Shown here one piece after another: positions 27,259 to 35,989 of a DNA stretch of 45,611 nt. This stretch comes from Thiohalocapsa sp. GTDB taxonomy: Bacteria; Pseudomonadota; Alphaproteobacteria; ATCC43930; CGMCC-115725. How positions within the stretch are numbered: position 1 is the stretch's first letter; each line of letters begins with the position of its first letter. Under the pieces are notes generated by a model. The model was not told where the DNA came from, made no database searches, and saw nothing but the letters and a program-made list of their open reading frames with translations. Both the position numbers and the translations under genes were made by a program. The DNA lies in the NCBI GenBank assembly GCA_050257895.1, contig JBLMXS010000401.1, positions 1 through 45,611 of the forward strand. The letters are read 5' to 3'.

Positions 27259-27681
27259 TCAACCGGCCTTCTCGATGCGCTCCATGTCGGCGTCGCTGAA
27301 CCCGAAATGGTGGCCGATCTCGTGGATCAGCACATGCCGCACGATGTCCGCCAAATTCTCGCCGCTGTCGCACCAATAGTCGAGGATCGGCCGGCGGTAG
27401 AGAAAGATCATGTCGGTCCGCGGCAGCGGATCGCTGACGCTCTTCAAGGGCAGCGCGACGCCGCGGTAGAGGCCAAGCAGGTCGAGTGGATCCTCGAGCC
27501 CCATCGCCGCTTCGGTCTCGGCATCGGCGAATTCCTCGACGCGGATCACCACCGGGCCCAGCGGCGCTTTGAACGGCGCCGGCAGCTCGGCGAAGGCGGC
27601 GGCAGCTAGCGCCTCGATATCGCCGAGCGACGGCGGCGGTCCGCTTGCCGCCGGCCCCTGACCATGGCCGCTTGATCTCAT
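27259..27681 (-). CDS. zinicin-like (DUF1025-type) metallopeptidase family protein
   Basis: HExxH motif in [17 protein letters not shown] 27681 is chosen; the track start 27768 is GTG and overlaps the divergent neighbour. Confidence 0.75.
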   Translation of the reverse strand: MRSSGHGQGPAASGPPPSLGDIEALAAAAFAELPAPFKAPLGPVVIRVEEFADAETEAAMGLEDPLDLLGLYRGVALPLKSVSDPLPRTDMIFLYRRPILDYWCDSGENLADIVRHVLIHEIGHHFGFSDADMERIEKAG

Positions 27682-27740
27682 CGTCGCGGCAGCCCACTCT
27701 GGAGAGGACGGCGCATCGCGATCGCAACACGGAGGACGGG

Positions 27741-28058
27741 ATGGTCGACAGGCTGATCGGCGCGGCACGGCAGACGGCGCTGCGCGAGCTCAAAGGCTGG
27801 AGCGAAGTCGAGGACCGCGATGCGATCCGCAAGAGCTTTCACTTCAGCAATTTCTCCGAGGCCTGGGCGTTCCTGTCGCGCATCGCGCTGGTCGCCGAAA
27901 AGATGGATCACCACCCGGAAATCTTCAACGTCTACAATCGCGTCGAGATCATCCTGTCGACCCATGACGCCGGCGGCCTCAGCGACAAGGATGTCCGTCT
28001 GGCCGAAGTCATCGATGAGCTGGCGCCCGAGCGCGACCGTCGCCCACCGGCGGCTTAG
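27741..28058 (+). CDS. 4a-hydroxytetrahydrobiopterin (pterin-4-alpha-carbinolamine) dehydratase
   Basis: GGAGGA lies upstream of ATG 27741. [60 protein letters not shown] is the classical PCD pattern. Confidence 0.9.
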   Translation: MVDRLIGAARQTALRELKGWSEVEDRDAIRKSFHFSNFSEAWAFLSRIALVAEKMDHHPEIFNVYNRVEIILSTHDAGGLSDKDVRLAEVIDELAPERDRRPPAA

Positions 28059-28070
28059 ATTCACTCTACT

Positions 28071-28152
28071 GTGTCATACCGGCGAAGGCCGGTATCCATC
28101 TGTCAGCGCCCGGGGCCGAGACGATGGATTCCGGCCTGCGCCGGGATGACAC
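28071..28152. repeat. REP/MITE-like element, family A copy
   Basis: gtgtcataccggcgaaggccggtatccatc (28071-28100) and gatggattccggcctgcgccgggatgacac (28123-28152) are inverted arms. Confidence 0.8.
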
Positions 28153-28202
28153 AATCTCTTTGATGCTATGCACCTCCAGTTTTAACCGGGCCGGGAACCG
28201 CG

Positions 28203-28739
28203 CTAACGCACCGGGACGCTGTACATCAGCAGCACCGATTGCTCGCCGGGGTTGCGCTTGGTGAGGCCGGCATTCGAGGTGTGGTTGACCGCGACGCCGA
28301 GCCGGCTCAGATCGGCAAAGCGATAGGCCAGCTCCGCCCCGGTGCGAAACTCCACCCATGAGCCGAGCCGGGTGCCGGCGCCGCGCTCGAAGACACCGGC
28401 GGCGGCATTCGGCGTCAACACCCAACTCGGCCCGAAATTGACGTCGAACCCGAGGCCAAAATAGGCGTATCCGGCCCCGTCGGTGGTCACCGCGCCGCCG
28501 ACGAACGGCGCCACCAGCCACGGCGTGTCGGCGAAGCGGTATTCGCCGCGGAACTCGGCGGCGGTGCGCGAATCCTTGTGCGACGAGCTGGGGGTGATGT
28601 CGAACGCTCCGACGCCGGCGGCGATGCGTGGCGGATCGGCCGGCGAGCCGAGGCTGATCTGCGCCGCCGCCGGCGCCGCCAGCGCCGCTGACAGCAGCGG
28701 CAGCATCGCCGCCAGCATAGCGATCCTCGCTCGCTTCAC
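28203..28739 (-). CDS. acyloxyacyl hydrolase / lipid A 3-O-deacylase (PagL-like) outer-membrane protein
   Basis: Signal peptide VKRARIAMLAAMLPLLSAALAAPAAAQ and a beta-strand-rich body. The catalytic-region pattern is VNHTSNAGL..NPGEQ. GTG 28739 is preferred; ATG 28718 is possible. Confidence 0.7.
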   Translation of the reverse strand: MKRARIAMLAAMLPLLSAALAAPAAAQISLGSPADPPRIAAGVGAFDITPSSSHKDSRTAAEFRGEYRFADTPWLVAPFVGGAVTTDGAGYAYFGLGFDVNFGPSWVLTPNAAAGVFERGAGTRLGSWVEFRTGAELAYRFADLSRLGVAVNHTSNAGLTKRNPGEQSVLLMYSVPVR

Positions 28740-28902
28740 GCCCACCCCCGCACCGGTTCCAGCGCATCTTATCGGCGACAGTCGCGGCGGCAAGCGAAAC
28801 CGGTGCGCACAGCGCGCCGCATGCGGCGCTGCATGCGGCGGCAGTGGCAAACGCGGCGGCGTTTCGGCAAGCTGGGCGCCGGACCATTTGCGGAGGAACA
28901 GC

Positions 28903-29850
28903 ATGCCCGGCAGCGAATTGCGCAAGCTTCGCGCAGCAGTCGCCCAGTTGGGGCCGATCCATCGCGCGGACAGCCGCGAGCGGGTCGTCCGGCGGCTATG
29001 TGCGCTGCTGCGCGAGGCGCACGCCAATGGTGCCCGCTTCGTCGTATTCCCCGAGCTGGCGTTGACGACCTTCTTCCCGCGCTGGTGGATGACCGACCAG
29101 GACGAGATCGACCGCTATTTCGAGCGCGAGATGCCGAACCCGGCGACCCGCCCCTTGTTCGACCTGGCGGCCGCGCTCGGCGTCGGCTTCTATCTCGGCT
29201 ATGCCGAGCTGACCCGGGAGAACGGCGAGCCGCGGCATTACAACACCGCGATCCTCGTCGATCCCGCCGGCCGGATCGTGGGGCGCTACCGCAAGATCCA
29301 CCTGCCGGGGCATGCCGAGCATCTGCCGCAGGCGCCGTTCCAGCACCTCGAAAAGCGCTATTTCGACGTCGGTAACGAGGGGTTCCGCGTCTGGCGCATG
29401 CAGGACGCCGTCATCGGCATGTGCATCTGCAACGACCGCCGCTGGCCCGAGACCTACCGCGTCATGGGGTTGCAGGGGGTCGAGATCATCGCGCTCGGCT
29501 ACAACACGCCGACGCTGAACATTCACCACCGCGAGCCCGAGCACCTGCGCATTTTCCACCACCTCCTGTCATTGCAGTCGGGCGCCTACCAGAACGCGGC
29601 CTGGGTCCTGGCGGCGGCGAAATGCGGCGCCGAGGATGGGTTTGTTATGATCGGCGGCTCGGCGATCGTCGCCCCGACCGGCGAGATCGCGGCGCAGGCC
29701 TTGAGCGAGGACGACGAAATCTTAACCGCGACCCTCGATCTTGAACTCGGCGACTACCTGCGCCGCAGCGTCTTCAATTTCGCAAAGCACCGCCGCATCG
29801 AGCACTACGGGCTCATCACCAGCCGCACCGGCGCCCAGACCGAGGTGTGA
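28903..29850 (+). CDS. N-carbamoyl-D-amino-acid hydrolase (carbon-nitrogen hydrolase superfamily)
   Basis: GGAGGA lies upstream of ATG 28903. FVVFPELALTTFFPRW, YRKIHLPGH, FQHLEKRYF, CICNDRRWPE, GYNTP and SFHHLLS-like motifs align along the whole length with the Agrobacterium D-carbamoylase as I remember it. Confidence 0.88.
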   Translation: MPGSELRKLRAAVAQLGPIHRADSRERVVRRLCALLREAHANGARFVVFPELALTTFFPRWWMTDQDEIDRYFEREMPNPATRPLFDLAAALGVGFYLGYAELTRENGEPRHYNTAILVDPAGRIVGRYRKIHLPGHAEHLPQAPFQHLEKRYFDVGNEGFRVWRMQDAVIGMCICNDRRWPETYRVMGLQGVEIIALGYNTPTLNIHHREPEHLRIFHHLLSLQSGAYQNAAWVLAAAKCGAEDGFVMIGGSAIVAPTGEIAAQALSEDDEILTATLDLELGDYLRRSVFNFAKHRRIEHYGLITSRTGAQTEV

Positions 29851-29890
29851 GCGGCGGCCGCCAAACCCCGCAGGAGGCAAAGGGCACGCA

Positions 29891-32467
29891 ATGTCCACCG
29901 AATCGACGACCGTCACCAATGGCGGCTATGCGCAGCCTGGCGCTGCCGCGGCGGCGGCAAGCCCGGTCATCTCGACGATCACGGTTCAGGCCGCATCCGG
30001 CGAGGCGACATTCAATCTGGAATTGGATGCGAACGCAGCGCTCGCGCCGGCATCCTACATTTCCGGATGGACCACCGCCGCTACCCTCCTGTCCGAGGCC
30101 ATCGACAGCCCGATCACCGTCAACCTCGAGATCGGCTATACCGAATATCCCGAGGACAATTCGCCGGTATCATCCGGGTTCGGCTTTGGCGGCGTCGCCT
30201 ACGGCGCCAACGACACCTATACCGAAGTCAGAAATTTCCTCAGCGGCACCGGCGCCACCAACGTCATCAGCGCGATCGATGCGTTGCCGAATACATCGTC
30301 CCTGAACGGCGTCTCGAGCTTCTTCGTCGCATCGACAGAGGAGAAGGCGTTCGGTCAGATCTCCCCGACCGCCAGCGCGATCGACGGCTTTGTCGGTTTT
30401 GGCAGCGGCATCGACAGCAGCTCGATTGTCGCCGTTGCGTTGCACGAGTTCACGCATGCAATGGGACGCGTCGCCGGCGGCACGGTGCTGTCGCTGTTCG
30501 ACTATACCAGTCCCGCCAGCCACTATTTCGGCTCGACCGGCGCCAACTCGTATTTCTCGATCGACGGCGGCAACACGGTTCTGGCGAATTTCGCCTTCCA
30601 GTTCGACCCTGGCGACTTCCTCAACGACTCGCTGTCGACCAACGATCCGTTTGACGAATTCTACACGTCGACCACCCTGCAGTCGCTGACCTCGCTCGAC
30701 CTGACGATGCTCGACATGCTCGGGTTCGGCTCCGGCACGAGCCGGATCGAAAACGTCGGCTCCGGCGCGATCGTCAGCGGCAGTGTCGTCGCCGGCGGGC
30801 ATGTTCAGAATGTTTTGTCGGGCGGCGTCACCATCGGCACGGTGGTGGAAAGCGGCGGCGTGCAGAACGTCTTCGCGGGCGGCGTCGCCAGCGGCACCGA
30901 AGTCGAAAGCGGCGGCACGCAGAACATCCTGTCGGGCGGTCTCGACAGCGCCGGCATCATCAGCGGTGGCGGCTATCAGATTGTCGATTCGGGCGGCGTC
31001 GCGAGCGGCACCGTGGTCAGCAATGGCGGCCAGCAGGAGGTGCTGGCCGGCGGATCGGCCGGGTCCATCGTGGTCAGCGCTGGTGGCGGCGAGCGGATCT
31101 CCAGCGGCGGCGCGGCTAGCGGCAGCACGGTCAGCTCCGGCGGCTTTGTCGCGATCGAGAGCGGGGGCACCGCCACCGGCACGACGGTCAGCAGCGGCGC
31201 CACGGAATTTGTCTCGGGCGGCGCGATCGCAAGCGGCACGATCGTCAGCGCCGGCGGTTTCGAGATCGTACTGGCGGGCGGGGTCGACAGCGGCGGCTTT
31301 TTGAGCAGCGGCGGCTATCTCGAAGTGCAGAGCGGCGGCACGGCGTTCGGCGCCCAGACCCTTCCCGGCGGCGGCGTATGGGTGTTCACCGGCGGCTCCG
31401 CCAGCGGCACCCGCGTCGGCAGCGGTTTCGCAGCGATCTCGAGCGGCGGCAATGGCACCGGGACGGTGCTCAGCGGCGGCGGCCTCGAGTTTGTCTCGGG
31501 CGGCGCCAACGCCAGCTTCACCGTCATCAGCAGCGGCGGTTTCGAGGTGGTGCTGTCGGGCGGCGTCGCCAGCGCCAGCGTCGCCAGCAGCGGCGGCTAC
31601 CAGGAGATGCTGTCGGGCGGCGTCGCCAGGGTCACGTGGATCGAGACCAGCGGCGGCGCCTACATCTTCAACGGCGGCACGGCCAGCGGCAGCATCGTCA
31701 GCGGCGGGTTCCAGACCGTCGAGAACGGCGGCAGCGCGTTCGGCACGACCGTCAGCAGCGGCGGCATCGAATGGGTGTCGGGCGGCGGCCGAGCGAGCGG
31801 CACCGTCGTCAGCAGCGGCGGCTTCCAGGAGGTCCTGTCGGGCGGCATCGCCAGCGGCAGCGTCGTCAGCAGCGGCGGCTACATCGTCGTCTCCTCGGGC
31901 GGGACGGCGAACAACGCCGCGATCAATGGCGGGCTCGTCGAGATCCGGCGCGGCGGCGCCGCGACCTCGGTCGTCTTCGCCGCCGGCAGCGGCACCCTCG
32001 AGCTCGACGATTCGGTGCATTTCACAGGCACGGTGTGCAATTTCGTGACGCGCCAGGACATCATCGATCTGCGCGACATCGGCTTCAATTCGGCGACGAC
32101 GAACCTCACCTACACGCAGCTGGTCGGCAGCGGCACGCTGAGCGTGACGGACGGCGTCAGCACCGCCAACATCACGCTGCTCGGCACGCACAGCCCGAGC
32201 AACTTCACCTTGGAGGGCGACGGCGTCGGCGGTACCGCCATCCTCGACCCGCCGCAACCGGATACGCCGGTCGCCGCCGGCGCATTGCCGCCCGTCACCT
32301 TCGCCGATCTCGGCAGCGTGCCGGACGGCGGCAGCGGCGGCAACAACATCGATCCGCGCTTCGCCGACGCCACGGCCGCCGACGGCGAGGCCGCCGGCAC
32401 CGGCTTCGGGGCCGAAGGAATCCCTATCGGCGACACCGCCCTTATCCCGCAGCAGCATATCGGGTAG
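29891..32467 (+). CDS. large exoprotein candidate: N-terminal HExxH domain, about 21 beta-strand (AIDA-like) repeats, and a C-terminal ...GGTAILDPP domain
   Basis: 858 aa from ATG 29891. There is no N-terminal signal peptide. HEFTH lies at nt 30443-30457, with LDMLGF downstream. About 19-aa SGGxQxVxSGGxASGTxV units span 30758-31992. The tail reads LELDDSVHFTGTV...IDLRDIGF...GTLSVTDG...ITLLGTHSPSNFTLEGDGVGGTAILDPP. Confidence 0.85.
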   Translation: MSTESTTVTNGGYAQPGAAAAAASPVISTITVQAASGEATFNLELDANAALAPASYISGWTTAATLLSEAIDSPITVNLEIGYTEYPEDNSPVSSGFGFGGVAYGANDTYTEVRNFLSGTGATNVISAIDALPNTSSLNGVSSFFVASTEEKAFGQISPTASAIDGFVGFGSGIDSSSIVAVALHEFTHAMGRVAGGTVLSLFDYTSPASHYFGSTGANSYFSIDGGNTVLANFAFQFDPGDFLNDSLSTNDPFDEFYTSTTLQSLTSLDLTMLDMLGFGSGTSRIENVGSGAIVSGSVVAGGHVQNVLSGGVTIGTVVESGGVQNVFAGGVASGTEVESGGTQNILSGGLDSAGIISGGGYQIVDSGGVASGTVVSNGGQQEVLAGGSAGSIVVSAGGGERISSGGAASGSTVSSGGFVAIESGGTATGTTVSSGATEFVSGGAIASGTIVSAGGFEIVLAGGVDSGGFLSSGGYLEVQSGGTAFGAQTLPGGGVWVFTGGSASGTRVGSGFAAISSGGNGTGTVLSGGGLEFVSGGANASFTVISSGGFEVVLSGGVASASVASSGGYQEMLSGGVARVTWIETSGGAYIFNGGTASGSIVSGGFQTVENGGSAFGTTVSSGGIEWVSGGGRASGTVVSSGGFQEVLSGGIASGSVVSSGGYIVVSSGGTANNAAINGGLVEIRRGGAATSVVFAAGSGTLELDDSVHFTGTVCNFVTRQDIIDLRDIGFNSATTNLTYTQLVGSGTLSVTDGVSTANITLLGTHSPSNFTLEGDGVGGTAILDPPQPDTPVAAGALPPVTFADLGSVPDGGSGGNNIDPRFADATAADGEAAGTGFGAEGIPIGDTALIPQQHIG
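30758..31992 (+). repeat. in-frame tandem coding repeats (about 57-nt period) inside the exoprotein gene
   Basis: Roughly 21 degenerate units rich in GGC/AGC/GTC codons. They also generate the long spurious antisense ORF 30170..32791. Confidence 0.8.
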
Positions 32468-32533
32468 CCGAGGCTTGCCGGCGGCGGCGCGGCGCTGGCA
32501 TGCTTGGGGGCGAGCCAGCGGAAGGAGCGGGCG

Positions 32534-33310
32534 ATGGCGGAGCGGGCGGCTGAGCGGGTTTGGGACAAGTTTCTCACCGAGCGGGACAAGGCGGTGTTCG
32601 CGGCCGGCGGGTTCGGCGCCCGCGCCGGGTTCGGCAAGCGCCCGGCGCTGCTCGTCATCGACGTCAACTGGGCGTTCTGCGGCGAGCGGCCGGAGCCGAT
32701 CCTCGAAGCGGTGAAAACCTGGCGCACCTCTTGCGGCGAAGACGCATGGGTGTCCCTGCCGCATATCAAGCGGCTGATCGACAAGGCGCACCAGAAGGGG
32801 CTGCCGGTCATCTACACGACCGGCGAGGGCCGCGCCGACAAATGGGACCGCGGCAGCTGGAGCTGGAAGTCGAGCGGCGGCGTCGCGGCCGGGCGCAACG
32901 AGCCGCCGCCGCGCGACGGCAACGAGATCGTCGCGATGATCGCGCCGCTGCCGCAGGACATCGTGATCCGGAAGCAGAAGCCGTCCGGCTTCTTCGGTAG
33001 CAACCTCGCTTCATACCTGACGCTGCTTGGCGCCGACAGCGTCATCGTCACCGGCACGACGACTTCGGGCTGCGTGCGCGCCACCGTCCTCGATGCGTTC
33101 AGCCTCAACTACCGCGTGATCCTCGCCGAGGAAGGCTGTTTTGACCGTAGCGAGGCAAGCCACGCGGTTAGCCTGTGCGACATGCATGCAAAATATGCCG
33201 ACGTCGTCGCGACCGCCGAGGTGCTGGCCCATCTCGACACCCTGCCGGCCGGCCTGTTCGACCTGCCGCGCGGGACCCCGCAACCCCCGGCCCGCCAGGC
33301 CGCCGAATAG
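32534..33310 (+). CDS. isochorismatase-family cysteine hydrolase (N-carbamoylsarcosine amidase-like)
   Basis: GGAAGGAG lies upstream of ATG 32534. PALLVIDVNWAF, IRKQKPSGFFGSNL and VIVTGTTTSGCVRATVLDA (catalytic Cys context). Confidence 0.85.
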   Translation: MAERAAERVWDKFLTERDKAVFAAGGFGARAGFGKRPALLVIDVNWAFCGERPEPILEAVKTWRTSCGEDAWVSLPHIKRLIDKAHQKGLPVIYTTGEGRADKWDRGSWSWKSSGGVAAGRNEPPPRDGNEIVAMIAPLPQDIVIRKQKPSGFFGSNLASYLTLLGADSVIVTGTTTSGCVRATVLDAFSLNYRVILAEEGCFDRSEASHAVSLCDMHAKYADVVATAEVLAHLDTLPAGLFDLPRGTPQPPARQAAE

Positions 33311-33314
33311 CCGT

Positions 33315-33557
33315 TTATACCGCCGTCAGCAGCGGGCCGCTGGTGCGCCAATCGGCAAGCGTGCCGGCATGGGCGGGGCCGGTGCCCTGCCGCTCGTGGA
33401 TGCGGTGCACGACGCAGGCCCACATCTCGCGGCCGGGGACGTTGTTGCGATCGATCATGTCGTTGACCCGTTCAGCCGCGACGCGGGCGGCTTGCGGGCC
33501 GTGCTGCACCATCATCTCGCGTGCCAGCCGATCGATCTCAACCTCGCTGACTATCAT
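33315..33557 (-). CDS. small hypothetical protein (80 aa)
   Basis: GGAGGG lies 6 nt upstream of ATG 33557. MIVSEVEIDRLAREMMVQHGPQAARVAAERVNDMIDRNN... has host-like codon usage. I recognise no family. Confidence 0.55.
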   Translation of the reverse strand: MIVSEVEIDRLAREMMVQHGPQAARVAAERVNDMIDRNNVPGREMWACVVHRIHERQGTGPAHAGTLADWRTSGPLLTAV

Positions 33558-33766
33558 TGGGGTCCCTCCGGGCGGGACCGTTAACCCTAACGGCCGGCCC
33601 TCGGGGAACGCGGGTCTCAACCGCCGTGCCAGACCGGCTTGAATGAAAAACCGGCGGAATTGCTGGCCTTGGCGAAGCCGGCGTCAGTTTCGACTCGCAA
33701 ATTGCGACGCAATTCGCGTTGCGCAATCTGGATTGCCGTGAAGGTGGCGCGCAAGGAGTGTAAGTC

Positions 33767-33849
33767 TCAGGTCCCGGCGCAGGCCGGGACCCATTCCGCC
33801 ACCACCGGAGCGGCTGCCGCATGGATCCCTGCCTTAGCAGGGACCTGGA
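33767..33849. repeat. REP/MITE-like element, family A variant
   Basis: tcaggtcccggcgcaggccgggacccat (33767-33794) and atggatccctgccttagcagggacctgga (33821-33849) are inverted arms. Confidence 0.7.
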
Positions 33850-33879
33850 GTTCGGGCGGCGGGCGCCAGTGGTCCCACA

Positions 33880-35214
33880 TCAGCGGCGGGCGGGCGCCAG
33901 CGGGTCGAAGGCGGGCGGGCCGGCGGCGGTGGACTCCTCCTCGGTAAAGCCCATCGCGGCGAGGAAGGCTTCGCGTACCTCGGCCGGCTGGCCGGTCTGG
34001 AAGATGTAGCCCTGCAGGTTGCGGCGGCTGAACGGATCGCGCAGGAAATCCTCGCGCGCAAAGCCGCCGATGAAGTTGCCGCGCTCGGCGACCGGCAGCT
34101 CGATCGCGCGATTGACTGCTGGGTCGCGCAATGTCGCCTTCGGGTCCTCGCCGCGCCGGACGCGCTCGATGTCGTCGAGAAAGCGGCGGCGGATCATGAC
34201 GATGCCGCGGTCGCTCGGCGCGAGGTATTCCTGCGAGCGGTCGGCGATCCGCCCCTGGCCGACCCAGGTGACGAAATCCTGGTTCATCACGTGGCTGGTG
34301 ATCCAGCGCCCGGTCTCGGGGTCGGCGATCGGCCCCGACCAGGTCGGGATCGAATTCTGCACATAGGGCTCGCGCTCCTTCGGAACGCGGCTGAAATGCC
34401 ACATCACCGACAGCGTGTTCTCGTCGTCGACCGGCACGCGGAACTCGACATGGTTGCCGGTGAACAGCCCGCACGGCCACAGGCAGACGCGCCCCACCGT
34501 CCACAGCCGGTCATGCTCGCTGGTGTCGGCGCGGATGCGCTTGTACTGAAAGCCGTACTCGAACTCGCTGAAATCGACCTTGAGATGGTGCGGCGTGTAG
34601 GGCCCGGTGGCGCCGCCGAGCCGGATCGACCAGTTGGAATGGGTCCACTCGAAATGCACCGGGTCGATCGAGTTTTCCTGGCACTGGAACCAGTTGCACG
34701 GGATCTCGGCCTTGACGATCTGGCGGAAGCCATTCTTCCACGAAAAGAATTCCCAGTCCGGCACCAGCGGGCGCGGCTCCGGCCCGAGATAGGCCCAGAG
34801 GAGCCCGCCCAGTTCCTCGACCGGGTAGGCCTTGATGCGGATCTCGTCCTTGAGGCGCGCCTCGGGGTGCGCGACGTCCTCGTACGGCATCGCCAAGACG
34901 CGGCCGTCGGCGCCGTACAGCCAGCCGTGGTAGTTGCAGCGCAGCCCGCAGGGCTCGACATAGCCATAGCTGAGATCGGCGCGGCGGTGCCGGCAATGGC
35001 GGTCGAGGAGACCCCAGTTCCCGCCGAGATCCTTGTAGAGGACGAGATCCTCGCCGAGCAGGCGCACCGGCATCGTGCCCGGCGTTGCCAGCTCGCTGGC
35101 GCCGGCGATCGGCCACCAGTAGCGGCGCAACAGCTCGCCCATCGGCGTGCCCTTGCCGGTCTCGGTCAATTGATCCCAGCGGCTCTTGGCGGGGGAGGTC
35201 GCATCGTCGGGCAT
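33880..35214 (-). CDS. Rieske (2Fe-2S) aromatic-ring-hydroxylating oxygenase, alpha-type subunit
   Basis: Rieske motif CRHRRADLSYG...CNYHGW. The ~250-aa catalytic domain has DPVHFEWTH-type iron ligands. No beta subunit lies adjacent, as in class IA phthalate-type oxygenases. Confidence 0.88.
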   Translation of the reverse strand: MPDDATSPAKSRWDQLTETGKGTPMGELLRRYWWPIAGASELATPGTMPVRLLGEDLVLYKDLGGNWGLLDRHCRHRRADLSYGYVEPCGLRCNYHGWLYGADGRVLAMPYEDVAHPEARLKDEIRIKAYPVEELGGLLWAYLGPEPRPLVPDWEFFSWKNGFRQIVKAEIPCNWFQCQENSIDPVHFEWTHSNWSIRLGGATGPYTPHHLKVDFSEFEYGFQYKRIRADTSEHDRLWTVGRVCLWPCGLFTGNHVEFRVPVDDENTLSVMWHFSRVPKEREPYVQNSIPTWSGPIADPETGRWITSHVMNQDFVTWVGQGRIADRSQEYLAPSDRGIVMIRRRFLDDIERVRRGEDPKATLRDPAVNRAIELPVAERGNFIGGFAREDFLRDPFSRRNLQGYIFQTGQPAEVREAFLAAMGFTEEESTAAGPPAFDPLAPARR

Positions 35215-35455
35215 GGCGGCTCCGTGCTCCTTGTCGTGCCCCTTCGCCTATAGCACCGCCGATGCCGGCCTCGCCACCTTCCGGACAACAGAGCGGACAA
35301 GGTACCCTGCCCCTCCTCCGTCCAGGGGGCTTTTAGGCGAAGGGCCTTTAATCCAAATGCGCGCGGTTGTCGAACAAGTCGCCGTCGAGGTTAACCGCTT
35401 CTCAACACTAATTGCTCATTACAGACTTGCAGCAACGAATGAGCGAAGTGGCCCA

Positions 35456-35902
35456 ATGAGTGCTCAGCCGCGCGGCAGCCGCAGAAAGCAGGCCGATCAA
35501 CGGACGGTCCTGATCGTCGAAGACGAACCTTTGAACCTGAAATTATTTGCCGTTGCACTGGCCAAACGCGGCTACCGGGCGCTGCAGGCAGTGAACGGTT
35601 ATCAAGGGTTCGTGCGCGCACACGACGAGCGCCCCGATCTCATCGTTATGGACGTCCGGATGCCGGGGCTGTCGGGTCTCGAAGTGACGCGGACGCTGAA
35701 GGACGATGCTTATACGAAAGACATTCCGATCATCATCGCGACCGCCTTTCTGATCGACGAGCAGGTCATCCGCGACAGCGGGTGCGACGGCTACATGGCC
35801 AAACCGTTCCGCATCCCGGAGTTCATCAAGCTGATCGACTCGGTCATCGAGCGCAGTCGCGCCGCCCGTGCCGCTGACGCGAGGGCGCCGGCGGCGGCAT
35901 AA
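35456..35902 (+). CDS. single-domain (CheY/DivK-like) response regulator
   Basis: VLIVEDEPLNLKLF, LIVMDVRMPGLSGLEV, IIIATAF and GYMAKPF closely parallel DivK-type receivers. The in-frame upstream ATG 35357 is rejected because the intervening codons are AT-rich and rare. Confidence 0.85.
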   Translation: MSAQPRGSRRKQADQRTVLIVEDEPLNLKLFAVALAKRGYRALQAVNGYQGFVRAHDERPDLIVMDVRMPGLSGLEVTRTLKDDAYTKDIPIIIATAFLIDEQVIRDSGCDGYMAKPFRIPEFIKLIDSVIERSRAARAADARAPAAA

Positions 35903-35989
35903 GGCGGCGCATGCGCCCGGACCGCGGCCGTCCCGGCCGCATGCGGGCAAGATGCCCGCGGTCCCCGAGCGGAAACTAAAAGCGGAAAC

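Noticed and set aside
30758-31992. Regular ~57-nt periodicity that could be mistaken for a CRISPR-like or satellite array
   Set aside because: The units are degenerate, have no unique spacers, and lie in-frame inside one long ORF encoding SGG-rich beta-strand repeats. No cas genes are present.
30170-32791. 873-aa ORF antisense to the exoprotein gene, plus several other overlapping frames
   Set aside because: It is generated by the GGC/GCC-rich coding repeats. It has no start context, no motifs and an extreme Ala/Arg/Asp composition.
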